In this document: piece by piece, positions 10,126 through 19,351 of the stretch
Layout: each line of letters starts with the position of its first letter
Position numbering within the stretch: the first letter of the stretch is position 1
Assembly: GCA_036514895.1 (NCBI GenBank)
Contig: DATBWH010000075.1
Location: 1 to 63,902 of the forward strand
DNA length: 63,902 nucleotides
DNA from: Candidatus Humimicrobiaceae bacterium
Lineage (GTDB): Bacteria; Actinomycetota; Humimicrobiia; Humimicrobiales; Humimicrobiaceae
Reading direction: 5' to 3'
Translations under genes and position numbers: made by a program
Notes under the pieces: model-generated
Told to the model about the DNA's origin: nothing
Database searches by the model: none
Seen by the model: the letters and a program-made list of their open reading frames with translations, nothing else

Positions 10126-11184
10126 TTAAAATATTCCGTTAAAATCCAATCCTTCTTTTTCGTCAAAATCCATCATTATATTCATATTCTGTACAGCCTG
10201 ACCGGCGGCACCTTTTAAAAGATTATCCAATACGCTGAATATTTTTAGCGTTCCCGTCCTTACATCAAAATTAAATCCAATAAAACACATATTTGTTCCA
10301 ACGGCATCTTTTAGCTGCGGCATCTCGTTACCAATAAATTTTACAAATGGCAGATCTTTGCAAAAATTTTCAAATAGATAGTATATTTTCTCTTCCATGT
10401 TGCTCTCTACGGAATCACCGATCCTGCAGTATATGGATGTAAAAATACCCCTGTCAACAGGAAGAAGATGCGGTGTAAAACTTACTTTAAACTTCTTTCC
10501 CGAGATATTTTCAATTTCCTGTTCTATTTCTCCAATATGCCTGTGCCCGACGGTAGAATAAGCATAAAAATTATTATCCATACTGGTAAAAAGATACTCA
10601 TCCTTTAGTTTTCTTCCGGCACCGCTGATCCCAGATTTTGAGTCTATACAAATATCGATAATATCTATATCATTTTTAATAATTGGTGCAAGTCCCAGCA
10701 GAATAGAAGTAGGATAGCATCCCGGGTTGGCAACATATTTACTTAACTTTATCTTCTCTTTATTTATTTCCGGAAGACCATATGTAAAATCAGAAAGTAT
10801 GTCTTTCATTATATGTTCTGTTCCGTACCAATATTTATAATCGTCAGGATTTTTTAACCTGAAATCCGATCCCAGATCTATTACTTTAAAATCATAATCG
10901 CCGGGTATCCCTTTTAAATATTCCATCGATCCAAAGGGGGGAAGACAAAGAAATATGATATCGATATCCTTTAGATCACCTTCTTTAACATCACCGATAA
11001 AAGTAAGCCTTGTATCTTTTTTATCATTAAACGCCGGGAAAACTTCACAGACATCCAGATTCTTATACGTCCTTGATGTTACAAAACCAATATCGACATA
11101 TTTATGCCTGCTTAATATCTTGACAAGTTCAAGTCCCGTAAAACCTGAACCACCAATAATTCCTGCTTTAATTATATTTTTCAT
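10126..11184 (-). CDS. argC: N-acetyl-gamma-glutamyl-phosphate reductase
   Basis: 352 aa. It has a GIIGGSGFTG Rossmann start and the active-site Cys in NPGCYPTS. Confidence 0.95.
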   Translation of the reverse strand: MKNIIKAGIIGGSGFTGLELVKILSRHKYVDIGFVTSRTYKNLDVCEVFPAFNDKKDTRLTFIGDVKEGDLKDIDIIFLCLPPFGSMEYLKGIPGDYDFKVIDLGSDFRLKNPDDYKYWYGTEHIMKDILSDFTYGLPEINKEKIKLSKYVANPGCYPTSILLGLAPIIKNDIDIIDICIDSKSGISGAGRKLKDEYLFTSMDNNFYAYSTVGHRHIGEIEQEIENISGKKFKVSFTPHLLPVDRGIFTSIYCRIGDSVESNMEEKIYYLFENFCKDLPFVKFIGNEMPQLKDAVGTNMCFIGFNFDVRTGTLKIFSVLDNLLKGAAGQAVQNMNIMMDFDEKEGLDFNGIF

Positions 11185-11207
11185 ATGAATACCTTCCGAT
11201 TATTAAT

Positions 11208-11242
11208 TTGCATATTATACATAATAATTAAATAATATGCAA
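11208..11242 (-). promoter_or_regulatory. Candidate argC promoter overlapped by an 11-bp perfect inverted repeat (probable ArgR operator)
   Basis: The plus strand reads TTGCATATTAT (11208-11218), a 13-nt spacer, then ATAATATGCAA (11232-11242). Read on the minus strand, TTGCAT (11242-11237) is followed by a 17-nt spacer and TATAAT (11219-11214), about 30 nt upstream of the argC ATG. Each arm with its flanks resembles the AT-rich ARG-box type, for example ATGTATAATATGCAAAT. Confidence 0.5.
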
Positions 11243-11274
11243 TATAAAATTATTAATATTTTAACTTATGAAGA

Positions 11275-12783
11275 TTAACTGATTTTTTTGAGTTTTTTTA
11301 GTATCAGATAGATAATTGCAGCTATGGAGGTCACCCCTAAATAAATAATTGTAAGAATATCACCGTATTTCGTATAAAAAGTCTGTTCCTCTATAAGAAA
11401 AACGCTTCCATAAAGCACCGTTTTACTTAAAAGATCCGATCTGACCAGAAATTCTCCATCGGGAGAAATTATTGCCGATATACCGGTGTTGGCACAATGA
11501 ACCACATAACATCCATTTTCAATAGCTCTTACTTTTGAAAATATCAAATGATGCCATGGAGCTATACTATTATCAAGGCTCGCGTTATCGGAAAGTATAA
11601 ATATGGCTTCTGCACCATTTTTTCTTATAGTTCTTGCAATTGAGGGAATGGTCGATTCATAACAGATATTCACTCCAATTTTACCTTTACCCGGATAGTC
11701 AATTGGTAAATAATCTTTTGAGGGTATTAGATTGACAGTTGAAAAATCCAGAAACTTTAAGTAACCTAGAACTTTCGGATATGGCATATACTGGCTGAAA
11801 GGTACCGGATGGGTCTCATCATATCTCCCTATGGTGTTCATATCCGGATCATAGAGCAATGCTGAATCATAATATCTGCTAAAATCATCGTCATGTGTAT
11901 ACTGGCCGATAAGCATATAAAGGTTTTCTGCTTTTGCAACTATTTCAGCCCAGTTTTTAAATCTTCCATTTTCTTCTATAAATCCCCACAGCATACTTTC
12001 AGGAAAGATTACCAGATTGGTATTTTCCCTGAAATAAATCTTGTTCCAGTAAGGTTCAGGAATTATTTCCAAACCTTTCCCTGAGTATTTATCTCCCAGT
12101 AATATATTTGGTTGCACTGCCGCCAGTTTGATCTCAATATAGTCTTTCTTACTTATGACCCTGTTTAGATTATTGTTTACACTCACAATACCATAGGTAA
12201 CAAAAATCACTAAAATAGATATACTAATGATCAAAAATTTTAATATTAATTTTCTGTTCTTCATCGAAAATAATATGGTTTCAAAAACAGCTGCATTGAA
12301 AAGGATTAAAATAAAGGACACCCCATAAATACCTGTAAATCTTGTTATCTGCATAAGCGGCAGGAAATTATGCTGACTGTATCCAAGGATACCTATAGTG
12401 AACGCAAGAAGTGTTTGCGACCTGATTAATTCTATAAGTATCCAAACGGCGGGTATCAGAAAGATTCTGAGATAAGGTTGATGAATTTTTTTAAAAATGA
12501 AATATATGGATATCCCATAAATCAAAAAGATTATACTTAATAAAGGTGTCAGAAGCAGCCATACAAATTTTACCGGAAGGGCATTCATCCAGTAAGTCAC
12601 ACTTATAGAAAATCCTATACCGCATATGAAGCTGAATAAAAGAGTTTGTCTGAGGTTTGAGTTATAAATGACAAATAAAAATGGTATGAGTGAAAACCAG
12701 GCAAAAAATCCCAGTTCTCTGAAACTCAAAAATAGAAACAACACAGATAGTATCGAGAGTATTGTTCGCTGGTAATTTTTCAT
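11275..12783 (-). CDS. lnt: Apolipoprotein N-acyltransferase
   Basis: 502 aa. It has a multi-TM N-terminal half followed by a CN-hydrolase domain with the catalytic Cys context GVNICYES. Confidence 0.85.
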   Translation of the reverse strand: MKNYQRTILSILSVLFLFLSFRELGFFAWFSLIPFLFVIYNSNLRQTLLFSFICGIGFSISVTYWMNALPVKFVWLLLTPLLSIIFLIYGISIYFIFKKIHQPYLRIFLIPAVWILIELIRSQTLLAFTIGILGYSQHNFLPLMQITRFTGIYGVSFILILFNAAVFETILFSMKNRKLILKFLIISISILVIFVTYGIVSVNNNLNRVISKKDYIEIKLAAVQPNILLGDKYSGKGLEIIPEPYWNKIYFRENTNLVIFPESMLWGFIEENGRFKNWAEIVAKAENLYMLIGQYTHDDDFSRYYDSALLYDPDMNTIGRYDETHPVPFSQYMPYPKVLGYLKFLDFSTVNLIPSKDYLPIDYPGKGKIGVNICYESTIPSIARTIRKNGAEAIFILSDNASLDNSIAPWHHLIFSKVRAIENGCYVVHCANTGISAIISPDGEFLVRSDLLSKTVLYGSVFLIEEQTFYTKYGDILTIIYLGVTSIAAIIYLILKKLKKIS

Positions 12784-12868
12784 AGATATCCCAATATCCT
12801 AAATATCGGAAATTGCAGAATTACATAGACTTAAGATAAATGATTTATAAAAGATCAAAACAGATCAA

Positions 12869-13549
12869 TTAGTCATAACCAGGAAAATAATCCTTTACTA
12901 TATTGCTTGTTCCGATATTTAATTTTAATAGAATCTCTTCAACTATTTTTACCATAACCATAGGACCTGAAATATAAAAAATCCGATTCTTAAGATCCGG
13001 GACTTTTTCTTTTATTATTTCTCCATTAATAAGCTGCGGTTCTATTATAAAATGGACCAGCAGCCGTTCATATTTATTTTTTATTTCATTAAGGATGTCC
13101 GTAAAAATGAACTCCTCAGCCTTACCGCAATAAAAAAGTATTACATCCGGTAATCTGCTTTCGTTTGTCAGATCCATTAAAATTGACCTATATGGTGTGA
13201 TCCCGATTCCTCCGGCAATAAATACATATTTTGGTTTTAAACCTTTTATTATAAAATTTCCACCCAGATTGAATCCTTCTATCGGGACTTCCTGATTTAA
13301 TTTGAGTAGAGCTTTCTTGAAGGAACTTCCCTTTTCGAAGTCAAATTTAGTCGTTATAAAAAGATTCTTTTCAAAAGGTGCCGAGGAAATGGTAAAATGC
13401 CTGATCTCCCCTCTCTCATCCTGGTCTTCATGGGGTATTTTTAAAAAAATATGCTGTCCGGCTTTCCAGGTTACAGGATTTTCAGGTTCAAATATAAAAG
13501 TATAAATATCTTTAGATTCCTGAATTTTATTAATTAGAGTAAGTTTCAT
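12869..13549 (-). CDS. FNR-like FAD/NAD(P)-binding oxidoreductase
   Basis: 226 aa. It has the RHFTISS flavin-binding motif and the GGIGITP nucleotide-binding motif of the ferredoxin-reductase fold. Confidence 0.7.
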   Translation of the reverse strand: MKLTLINKIQESKDIYTFIFEPENPVTWKAGQHIFLKIPHEDQDERGEIRHFTISSAPFEKNLFITTKFDFEKGSSFKKALLKLNQEVPIEGFNLGGNFIIKGLKPKYVFIAGGIGITPYRSILMDLTNESRLPDVILFYCGKAEEFIFTDILNEIKNKYERLLVHFIIEPQLINGEIIKEKVPDLKNRIFYISGPMVMVKIVEEILLKLNIGTSNIVKDYFPGYD

Positions 13550-13628
13550 GTTTTTTTTATTTTATAAAATCACTTTAATTATTTTATATTAAAGCTGAAA
13601 ACTTTTTTACATATAAGAGAAAATTACA

Positions 13629-13692
13629 TCAAAAAAATAGAGTTAATAATTCTAAAATATTATATCACGATTAAATGACTATTAACTCTATT
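13629..13692 (-). terminator. Possible terminator after the MBL hydrolase gene (AT-rich 13-bp stem, large loop, U-tract)
   Basis: AATAGAGTTAATA (13636-13648) and TATTAACTCTATT (13680-13692) are perfect reverse complements. On the minus strand the stem is followed by TTTTTTT (13635-13629). The 31-nt loop makes it atypical. Confidence 0.3.
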
Positions 13693-13710
13693 AAAACTAT
13701 ACTGGAAATT

Positions 13711-14439
13711 TTATATTTCTGTTCTATACCCGTCATAAGCTATGGTTACATCGACTTTACCTTCCGAATATTCCTGCAGTTTTTTTGCCAGCTCTTCTCT
13801 ATCCATTTCTACTACCTGTTTTCCGCAGTGTGTTATGATCAAATTATCGATACCGTATTTCTTGCACCAACCTATTACAGTCTTGATCCTGGTATGACCG
13901 AATAGCTTTTCTTCCCTTCGCCGTGCCATATTGATATTAAGGCTGGACCCATCCGCTATCAGCGCTGATATACCTTCAAAAACAATTCCCTTATCCATTT
14001 CAAAATCCAATATGTCGGGAGCATAGACTATTGTCTTATCTCCTCTTATCTTATACCCTACTGCAGGGCACCTGAGGGAATGGATCACATCATATGACGT
14101 AATATCCAGATCCTTGAGATTGTATTTTTTATTACTCTCGATAATCTTGTGCTTCAAAGGTTTATATTTACTATAATCAAGCGTAACCTTAGTAAGATAG
14201 ACCGGAATTTTTATCCTGTTCTCTTCTTGTTTGGTCCATATGTAATGATCCGGATGGGCATGTGTTATCAATATGAAATCAAAGTCATTTATTCTGTCTA
14301 TTAAGAGCGGATTATATTTTGTTCCAAAATCAATCAGTATTTGAGTGTCTTTATATTTGATTATTATAGAGGAATGATATTGGTGCAGACGACTGCTTTC
14401 TTCGATCTCACCTTTTGTACCCGGAAAGTCGATTATCAT
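13711..14439 (-). CDS. MBL-fold metallo-hydrolase
   Basis: 242 aa with the HxHxDH motif (ITHAHPDHY). It starts 8 nt after the pheT stop, so it is probably co-transcribed. Confidence 0.75.
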   Translation of the reverse strand: MIIDFPGTKGEIEESSRLHQYHSSIIIKYKDTQILIDFGTKYNPLLIDRINDFDFILITHAHPDHYIWTKQEENRIKIPVYLTKVTLDYSKYKPLKHKIIESNKKYNLKDLDITSYDVIHSLRCPAVGYKIRGDKTIVYAPDILDFEMDKGIVFEGISALIADGSSLNINMARRREEKLFGHTRIKTVIGWCKKYGIDNLIITHCGKQVVEMDREELAKKLQEYSEGKVDVTIAYDGYRTEI

Positions 14440-14446
14440 TTCTTAT

Positions 14447-16852
14447 CTATTCTCTTATTTTTGCGTTAAATCTCTTACCCAGGTTTTCCAGTATCCTGTT
14501 TACTATTATTTCTATCTCCGTATCTTTTAAAGTCCTGCTGTCATCTCTGAAATTTAAAGAATATGCAATACTTTTTTTATTCTTTTCTATCTGTTCTCCC
14601 CTGTATATATCAAAAAGCCTTACTTTTTTCAGCAGTTCAGTTCCGCTTTTTTTTATTTCATCCGTTATATCTTCACTTTTAATCTTATCATCGACTACAA
14701 TTGCGAGATCTATATCTATCGAAGGAAATGCCGGTATAGGTTTATAGTCTCTGGTCTCTTTTATATTGTTTATAAAATTATCCATGTTAATTTCCATATA
14801 ATAGACATTCTGGCCTGTTTCGGTTTCCTCTATTATTAACGGATGGATCATACCGATTATCCCCATATTTATACCATTGATTTTTATATTTCCACTGATT
14901 CCGGGGTGAAAAAACTTGTAACCTTTTTCTTCTATCCCCGGGCCGTTACCGGGATAATATTTTATGCATAAATTCTCCAGAATGCCTTTCAAATCATAAA
15001 AATCAAAAGGTCTTTCTTTTTCATCCCATCCTTTCTGGACCGCATTACCTGTCAATATGATACCAAGCATATTTATTTCAAGAGGCAGATTATTGGTATT
15101 TTTTTTCTTGAAGACCTTTGATATCTCAAATATTCTTATATCTTTTATAGTGTGGTTAATATTATCTTTTATATTTTTCATTAGTGACGGTAGAAGCATC
15201 GGTCTTAAAAATTTGAAATCTTCGTTAATCGGATTTAATATGGCCACACTGTCTTTATATTCTTCTTCCAGATTCAATTTAAATGTCTCAATTTCTACGG
15301 CACTTAAAAATGAATAATTTATGACCTCATCCAGACCGATATCACAGAGAATCTGTCTGATATTCCTTACCGTTTTTTGGTAAAAACTATATTTCCCCCG
15401 TCTTTCTTTTACTCCTGTGGGAATAGAATCCAGCTTATCATACCCATATATCCTGGCTATTTCTTCTATCAGGTCTATTTCTCTCTCAAGATCTTCATAT
15501 CTAAAAGAAGGAACGGTTACCTGGACGATATTATCTTTTACTATATTATTGATTTTTAATTTTGTAAGGATCTTAGAAATCAATTCTTTATTGATTTGCT
15601 TGCCCAGTATCTTACTTACTTTTTCTACCCTTAAATCTATCTTTCTTTTCCGATCCTTTTCCATATAATTATCATGTATGAATTCTTCTGTCTCAATACC
15701 GGTCACTTTCTTCAACATATCTTCAAATCTTTCAATCGCAAACACTGTTAACATAGGATCGATTTTTTTCTCGAACCTGTTAGAAGCTTCCGTACGCAGA
15801 CCGATATTTTTGGAAGTTTTCATTATAGAAGGCCCATAAAAATTTGCAGATTCCAGCAGTACATTCTTCGTATCCGGGTTTATTTCAGTATCTTTACCAC
15901 CCATTATACCAGCAATTGCGACTACTTTTTTTTCATCTGCTATCACAAGTGCATCTTCATCAAGTATTTTTATAGAGTCATCGATCATCTTTATCTTCTC
16001 TTTTTTAGCTGCATTTCTTACTATGATTTTACCCGAATATAAAAGGTCCTTGTCAAAAGCATGCATAGGCTGACCGGTTTCCAGCATAATATAATTTGTT
16101 AGGTCCACTATAAGATTTACCGGTCTTACATCACAAAGCATGAGTCTGTTTTTGATCCACCGGGGTGATTCGATGTCCGGCGTGTTCCTGAAGATTTTTG
16201 CAGAATAACGGGGGCATAGAGTATAATCATTTATTTCAATAACAAATTTTGAATCCAGATTAAGCTTTTTATTAATATCATAATTAGGAATTATAAGTTT
16301 TTTATCGGTCAGAGTACTGATTTCTCTGGCAATTCCTATCACGCTAAGACAATCCGGTCTGTTAGGGGTTATTTCCAGTTCCAGAACGGTATCATCCAGA
16401 CCGACCGATTTCGAGAAGTCCTCGCCTATTTTACAGCTTTCATCCAGAATCATTATGCCCTGAGACTCGGAAGATAAGCCCAATTCCATTTCTGAACACA
16501 TCATTCCTTCCGATATCTGTCCTCTTATTTTACTCTTTTTTATGGTAACATCTTTTATCCTGGCTCCCGGAAGTGCTACAGCAACTTTATCTTCTTTTTT
16601 GAAATTTCTGGCCCCGCATACTATATCCAGTTTTTTTGATCCTATATCTACTTTGCATAAAGATAATTTACCGGCATCAGGATGATCAGAGTAATCGATG
16701 ATCTTTCCTACGATTATATTTTTATATCTGCCGCCCACATACTCTATCTTTTTTACCTCGGTTCCACTCATGGTCAGAGCATTTACAATACTTTCGGGTT
16801 CAAGTGTATCCGTATCTAAAAATTCACATATCCAGTTTAATGTTACTTTCAC
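14447..16852 (-). CDS. pheT: Phenylalanine--tRNA ligase beta subunit
   Basis: 801 aa. The N-terminal tRNA-binding domain, B3/4, B5 and C-terminal anticodon-binding-like domains are in the usual order. Confidence 0.95.
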   Translation of the reverse strand: MKVTLNWICEFLDTDTLEPESIVNALTMSGTEVKKIEYVGGRYKNIIVGKIIDYSDHPDAGKLSLCKVDIGSKKLDIVCGARNFKKEDKVAVALPGARIKDVTIKKSKIRGQISEGMMCSEMELGLSSESQGIMILDESCKIGEDFSKSVGLDDTVLELEITPNRPDCLSVIGIAREISTLTDKKLIIPNYDINKKLNLDSKFVIEINDYTLCPRYSAKIFRNTPDIESPRWIKNRLMLCDVRPVNLIVDLTNYIMLETGQPMHAFDKDLLYSGKIIVRNAAKKEKIKMIDDSIKILDEDALVIADEKKVVAIAGIMGGKDTEINPDTKNVLLESANFYGPSIMKTSKNIGLRTEASNRFEKKIDPMLTVFAIERFEDMLKKVTGIETEEFIHDNYMEKDRKRKIDLRVEKVSKILGKQINKELISKILTKLKINNIVKDNIVQVTVPSFRYEDLEREIDLIEEIARIYGYDKLDSIPTGVKERRGKYSFYQKTVRNIRQILCDIGLDEVINYSFLSAVEIETFKLNLEEEYKDSVAILNPINEDFKFLRPMLLPSLMKNIKDNINHTIKDIRIFEISKVFKKKNTNNLPLEINMLGIILTGNAVQKGWDEKERPFDFYDLKGILENLCIKYYPGNGPGIEEKGYKFFHPGISGNIKINGINMGIIGMIHPLIIEETETGQNVYYMEINMDNFINNIKETRDYKPIPAFPSIDIDLAIVVDDKIKSEDITDEIKKSGTELLKKVRLFDIYRGEQIEKNKKSIAYSLNFRDDSRTLKDTEIEIIVNRILENLGKRFNAKIRE

Positions 16853-16955
16853 TCTTTTTAAGTTTCCTTCTTCTAAATGTCCTTTTTAAGATATGTTATT
16901 TTATAAAATAATTAAAAAATAGCAGCTCCAAATTGAATTACGATATATCAGGAAA

Positions 16956-18002
16956 TTAAAATTGTTCGATAAATCTCAAATCGCTTTCAAAGAAAAGTCT
17001 TAAATCATCGATACCGTATTTTAACATGCAGATTCTTTCTATTCCCATCCCGAAAGCAAAGCCGCTTACTTCTTCAGGATCGTATCCAACATATTGATAC
17101 AGGTTGGGATCCACCATTCCGGAACCCAGTATTTCCAGCCATCCGGATCCCGAACATACTCTACACCCTTTACCGCTGCATATATTACAGGAAACATCGA
17201 CTTCTGCACTGGGTTCTGTGAAAGGAAAGTAATGAGGTCTGAATCTTACTTCCCTGTTTTTTCCAAAAACCTCATGCGCAAAGGTTTCAAGTGTCCATTT
17301 AAGATTACCAAAATTTATTCCCCTGTCTATTACCAGGCCCTCTATCTGTGTGAACATGGGAGTATGCGATATATCATAATCCCTTCTGTAAGCTTTTCCT
17401 GATGATATTATCATCAGGGGTGGTTTATGGCTCTCCATGTATCTTATTTGAACCGGTGAAGTATGGGTCCTGAGAAGCATGTTTTCGGAAATAAAGAATG
17501 TATCATGTAGAGATCTTGCCGGATGGTCTGCGGGAGTGTTCAATGCCTCAAAATTATAGTAATCTGTCTCAACTTCCGGTCCCTCTGCAATTTCGAATCC
17601 CATGCCAATAAAAATTTCTTCGATTTCTTCTATGACCTGTGAAATGATGTTCTTTTTTCCCTGTCTGACACTTTTTCCCGGTAATGATAAATCGATATGC
17701 ACTTTCTTTAATTTATTCTCATATTCGATACCTTTGAAAAATTTTTCTTTCTGCAGGAGATCGGACTCTATTTTATTTCTGGAAGTATTGGATTTTTTAC
17801 CGGCAACTGGTCTTATATTATCAGGCAAGGATCCAATATTTTTTAAAGTATTAATCAGGAAACTTTTTTTCCCGATATACTTTGTCCTTATTTTCTCCAG
17901 TTCGTTTAGATCCTTTACTGTTCCCAGATCTCTTTCAAAATTGCTTAGTTCTGTTTCTATCTTTTTTTCCAACTGGTTCAGTGTATTTTCTTTTTCGCTC
18001 AT
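16956..18002 (-). CDS. pheS: Phenylalanine--tRNA ligase alpha subunit
   Basis: 348 aa. It has the class II motifs FRPHYFPFTEPSAE and GFAFGMGIERI. Confidence 0.95.
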   Translation of the reverse strand: MSEKENTLNQLEKKIETELSNFERDLGTVKDLNELEKIRTKYIGKKSFLINTLKNIGSLPDNIRPVAGKKSNTSRNKIESDLLQKEKFFKGIEYENKLKKVHIDLSLPGKSVRQGKKNIISQVIEEIEEIFIGMGFEIAEGPEVETDYYNFEALNTPADHPARSLHDTFFISENMLLRTHTSPVQIRYMESHKPPLMIISSGKAYRRDYDISHTPMFTQIEGLVIDRGINFGNLKWTLETFAHEVFGKNREVRFRPHYFPFTEPSAEVDVSCNICSGKGCRVCSGSGWLEILGSGMVDPNLYQYVGYDPEEVSGFAFGMGIERICMLKYGIDDLRLFFESDLRFIEQF

Positions 18003-18006
18003 AATC

Positions 18007-18363
18007 TTACGCTATTTGCTCTTTTGCAATCTCGGTCAATTTTAGAAAAGCATTGGGGTCATTTACAGCCATCTCAGACAACATTTTTCTGTTGATATCG
18101 ATACTTGCTTTCTTTAATCCATTTATGAACTCATTATATGAAATCCCATTGATTCTCGCTGCAGCATTGATCCTTGTGATCCACAATCTCCTGAAATTCC
18201 TTTTGTTATTTTTTCTGTCCCTGTATGCATAGCTCATCGATTTGAGCAACTGTTCTTTGGCAATTTTATAGCTTCTGCTCTTGGAGCCGTAATATCCTCT
18301 TGCTTCTTTTAATACTTTTTTATGTTTTATTCTCTTGACCTGTCCTCTTTTTACTCTGGTCAT
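18007..18363 (-). CDS. rplT: 50S ribosomal protein L20
   Basis: 118 aa, starting [26 protein letters not shown]. Confidence 0.97.
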   Translation of the reverse strand: MTRVKRGQVKRIKHKKVLKEARGYYGSKSRSYKIAKEQLLKSMSYAYRDRKNNKRNFRRLWITRINAAARINGISYNEFINGLKKASIDINRKMLSEMAVNDPNAFLKLTEIAKEQIA

Positions 18364-18379
18364 TTAAATCACACCTTTC

Positions 18380-18574
18380 TTATCTGGCTAATAGTCTTCT
18401 TACCTTTTTACTGTCGGAAGCGGATACCTCCTGCATTTTACTAAGCCGTCTTTTTCTTTCAGCATTCTTTTTGGTCAGAATATGACCTTTACATGCTTTT
18501 ACCCTTAGAATCTTTCCGCTGCCGGTTATTTTAAATCTCTTGGCTGCTCCTTTATGAGTTTTAATTTTTGGCAT
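18380..18574 (-). CDS. rpmI: 50S ribosomal protein L35
   Basis: 64 aa, starting [21 protein letters not shown]. Confidence 0.97.
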   Translation of the reverse strand: MPKIKTHKGAAKRFKITGSGKILRVKACKGHILTKKNAERKRRLSKMQEVSASDSKKVRRLLAR

Positions 18575-18616
18575 AATAATCCTTCCGATTTAACTATTGA
18601 ATATTAAAATTTATTT

Positions 18617-19111
18617 TCAAACTGGTGCTAAAATCGTTATTATGTTATATCCGTCCAATTTTGGTTCCAGTTCCATTACGCCTTTGTCTTTTAATTCCTC
18701 AATCAACTTATTTAACATATTTATACCCAGTTCTTTATGTACAATTTCCCTTCCCCTGAACATGACCGTGATTTTTACCTTGTAACCACTTGTTAAAAAT
18801 TTTTCTATTTGTCTTTTTTTAGTATTCAGGTCATTTGTATCTATTTTGGGTCTTAATTTTATCTCTTTTATGATGATCTGGGATTGCTTTTTTTTCTTTA
18901 ACTTTTCCGATATCTCAAGCTGATATTTATATTTTCCGTAATCCATTATTTTACAGACCGGTGGACTGCTCTTAGGTGAAACTTCGACTAAGTCCAATCC
19001 AATTTCTTCAGCAGTTTTTAGTGCTTCTTTTATTGGAACGACCCCAATCTGACTGCCATCCTCAGCGATCAACCTTACTTCCGGTACCCTGATCTGTTCG
19101 TTTATATGAAT
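18617..19111 (-). CDS. infC: Translation initiation factor IF-3, with a probable non-AUG (AUU) start
   Basis: The ORF-track version starts at an internal TTG (MIAEDGS). The frame stays open upstream to a TAA at 19151-19153 and encodes (I)HINEQIRVPEVRLIAEDG, the conserved IF-3 N-terminus. That stretch contains no ATG, GTG or TTG. There is an in-frame ATT at 19111-19109 and an ATA at 19105-19103. An AUU start is well known for infC. The exact start is uncertain. Confidence 0.85.
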   Translation of the reverse strand: MHINEQIRVPEVRLIAEDGSQIGVVPIKEALKTAEEIGLDLVEVSPKSSPPVCKIMDYGKYKYQLEISEKLKKKKQSQIIIKEIKLRPKIDTNDLNTKKRQIEKFLTSGYKVKITVMFRGREIVHKELGINMLNKLIEELKDKGVMELEPKLDGYNIITILAPV

Positions 19112-19152
19112 CCTTCTGTTATCTTCGAAGTTACACCTCCTTGAATTTTTTT

Positions 19153-19183
19153 AAAAAAAATAGGCAGATAAATCATCTACCTA
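19153..19183 (-). terminator. Intrinsic terminator/attenuator hairpin immediately upstream of the infC ribosome-binding site
   Basis: The minus-strand RNA reads UAGGUAGAU-GAUUU-AUCUGCCUA, a 9-bp stem that includes one G.U. That pair exists only in the minus-strand reading; it is a C/A mismatch on the plus strand. The stem is followed directly by UUUUUUUU (19160-19153), then AAAAAAAUUCAAGGAGG. Confidence 0.6.
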
Positions 19184-19322
19184 TTTATTTAAATTTTAAT
19201 TTAAAAATAATTAACCGGATCAACTGATTTATAAAACCGCCATCTGGTGAGAAATAGATGATTTCTACTTATTTTTTTTATTCTTTCTATTATTTTTACA
19301 ATTTTATATTATTAATTTCGGA

Positions 19323-19351
19323 ATTATACTAATTATTGATTACTTTGTCTA
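19323..19351 (-). promoter_or_regulatory. Candidate promoter of the infC leader
   Basis: The minus strand reads TAGACA (19351-19346, overlapping the stop of the radical-SAM gene), a 17-nt spacer, then TATAAT (19328-19323). This would give a leader of about 200 nt ahead of infC. Confidence 0.4.

Noticed and set aside
17094-18045. Plus-strand ORFs of 102 and 147 aa antisense to pheS, and similar antisense ORFs in argJ, pheT, rpsA (55829-56848), polA, uvrA and others.
   Set aside because: They lie opposite well-supported conserved genes. Their low-complexity Ser/Phe/Ile-rich translations are typical of the antisense of AT-rich, Lys/Glu/Asn-rich genes.
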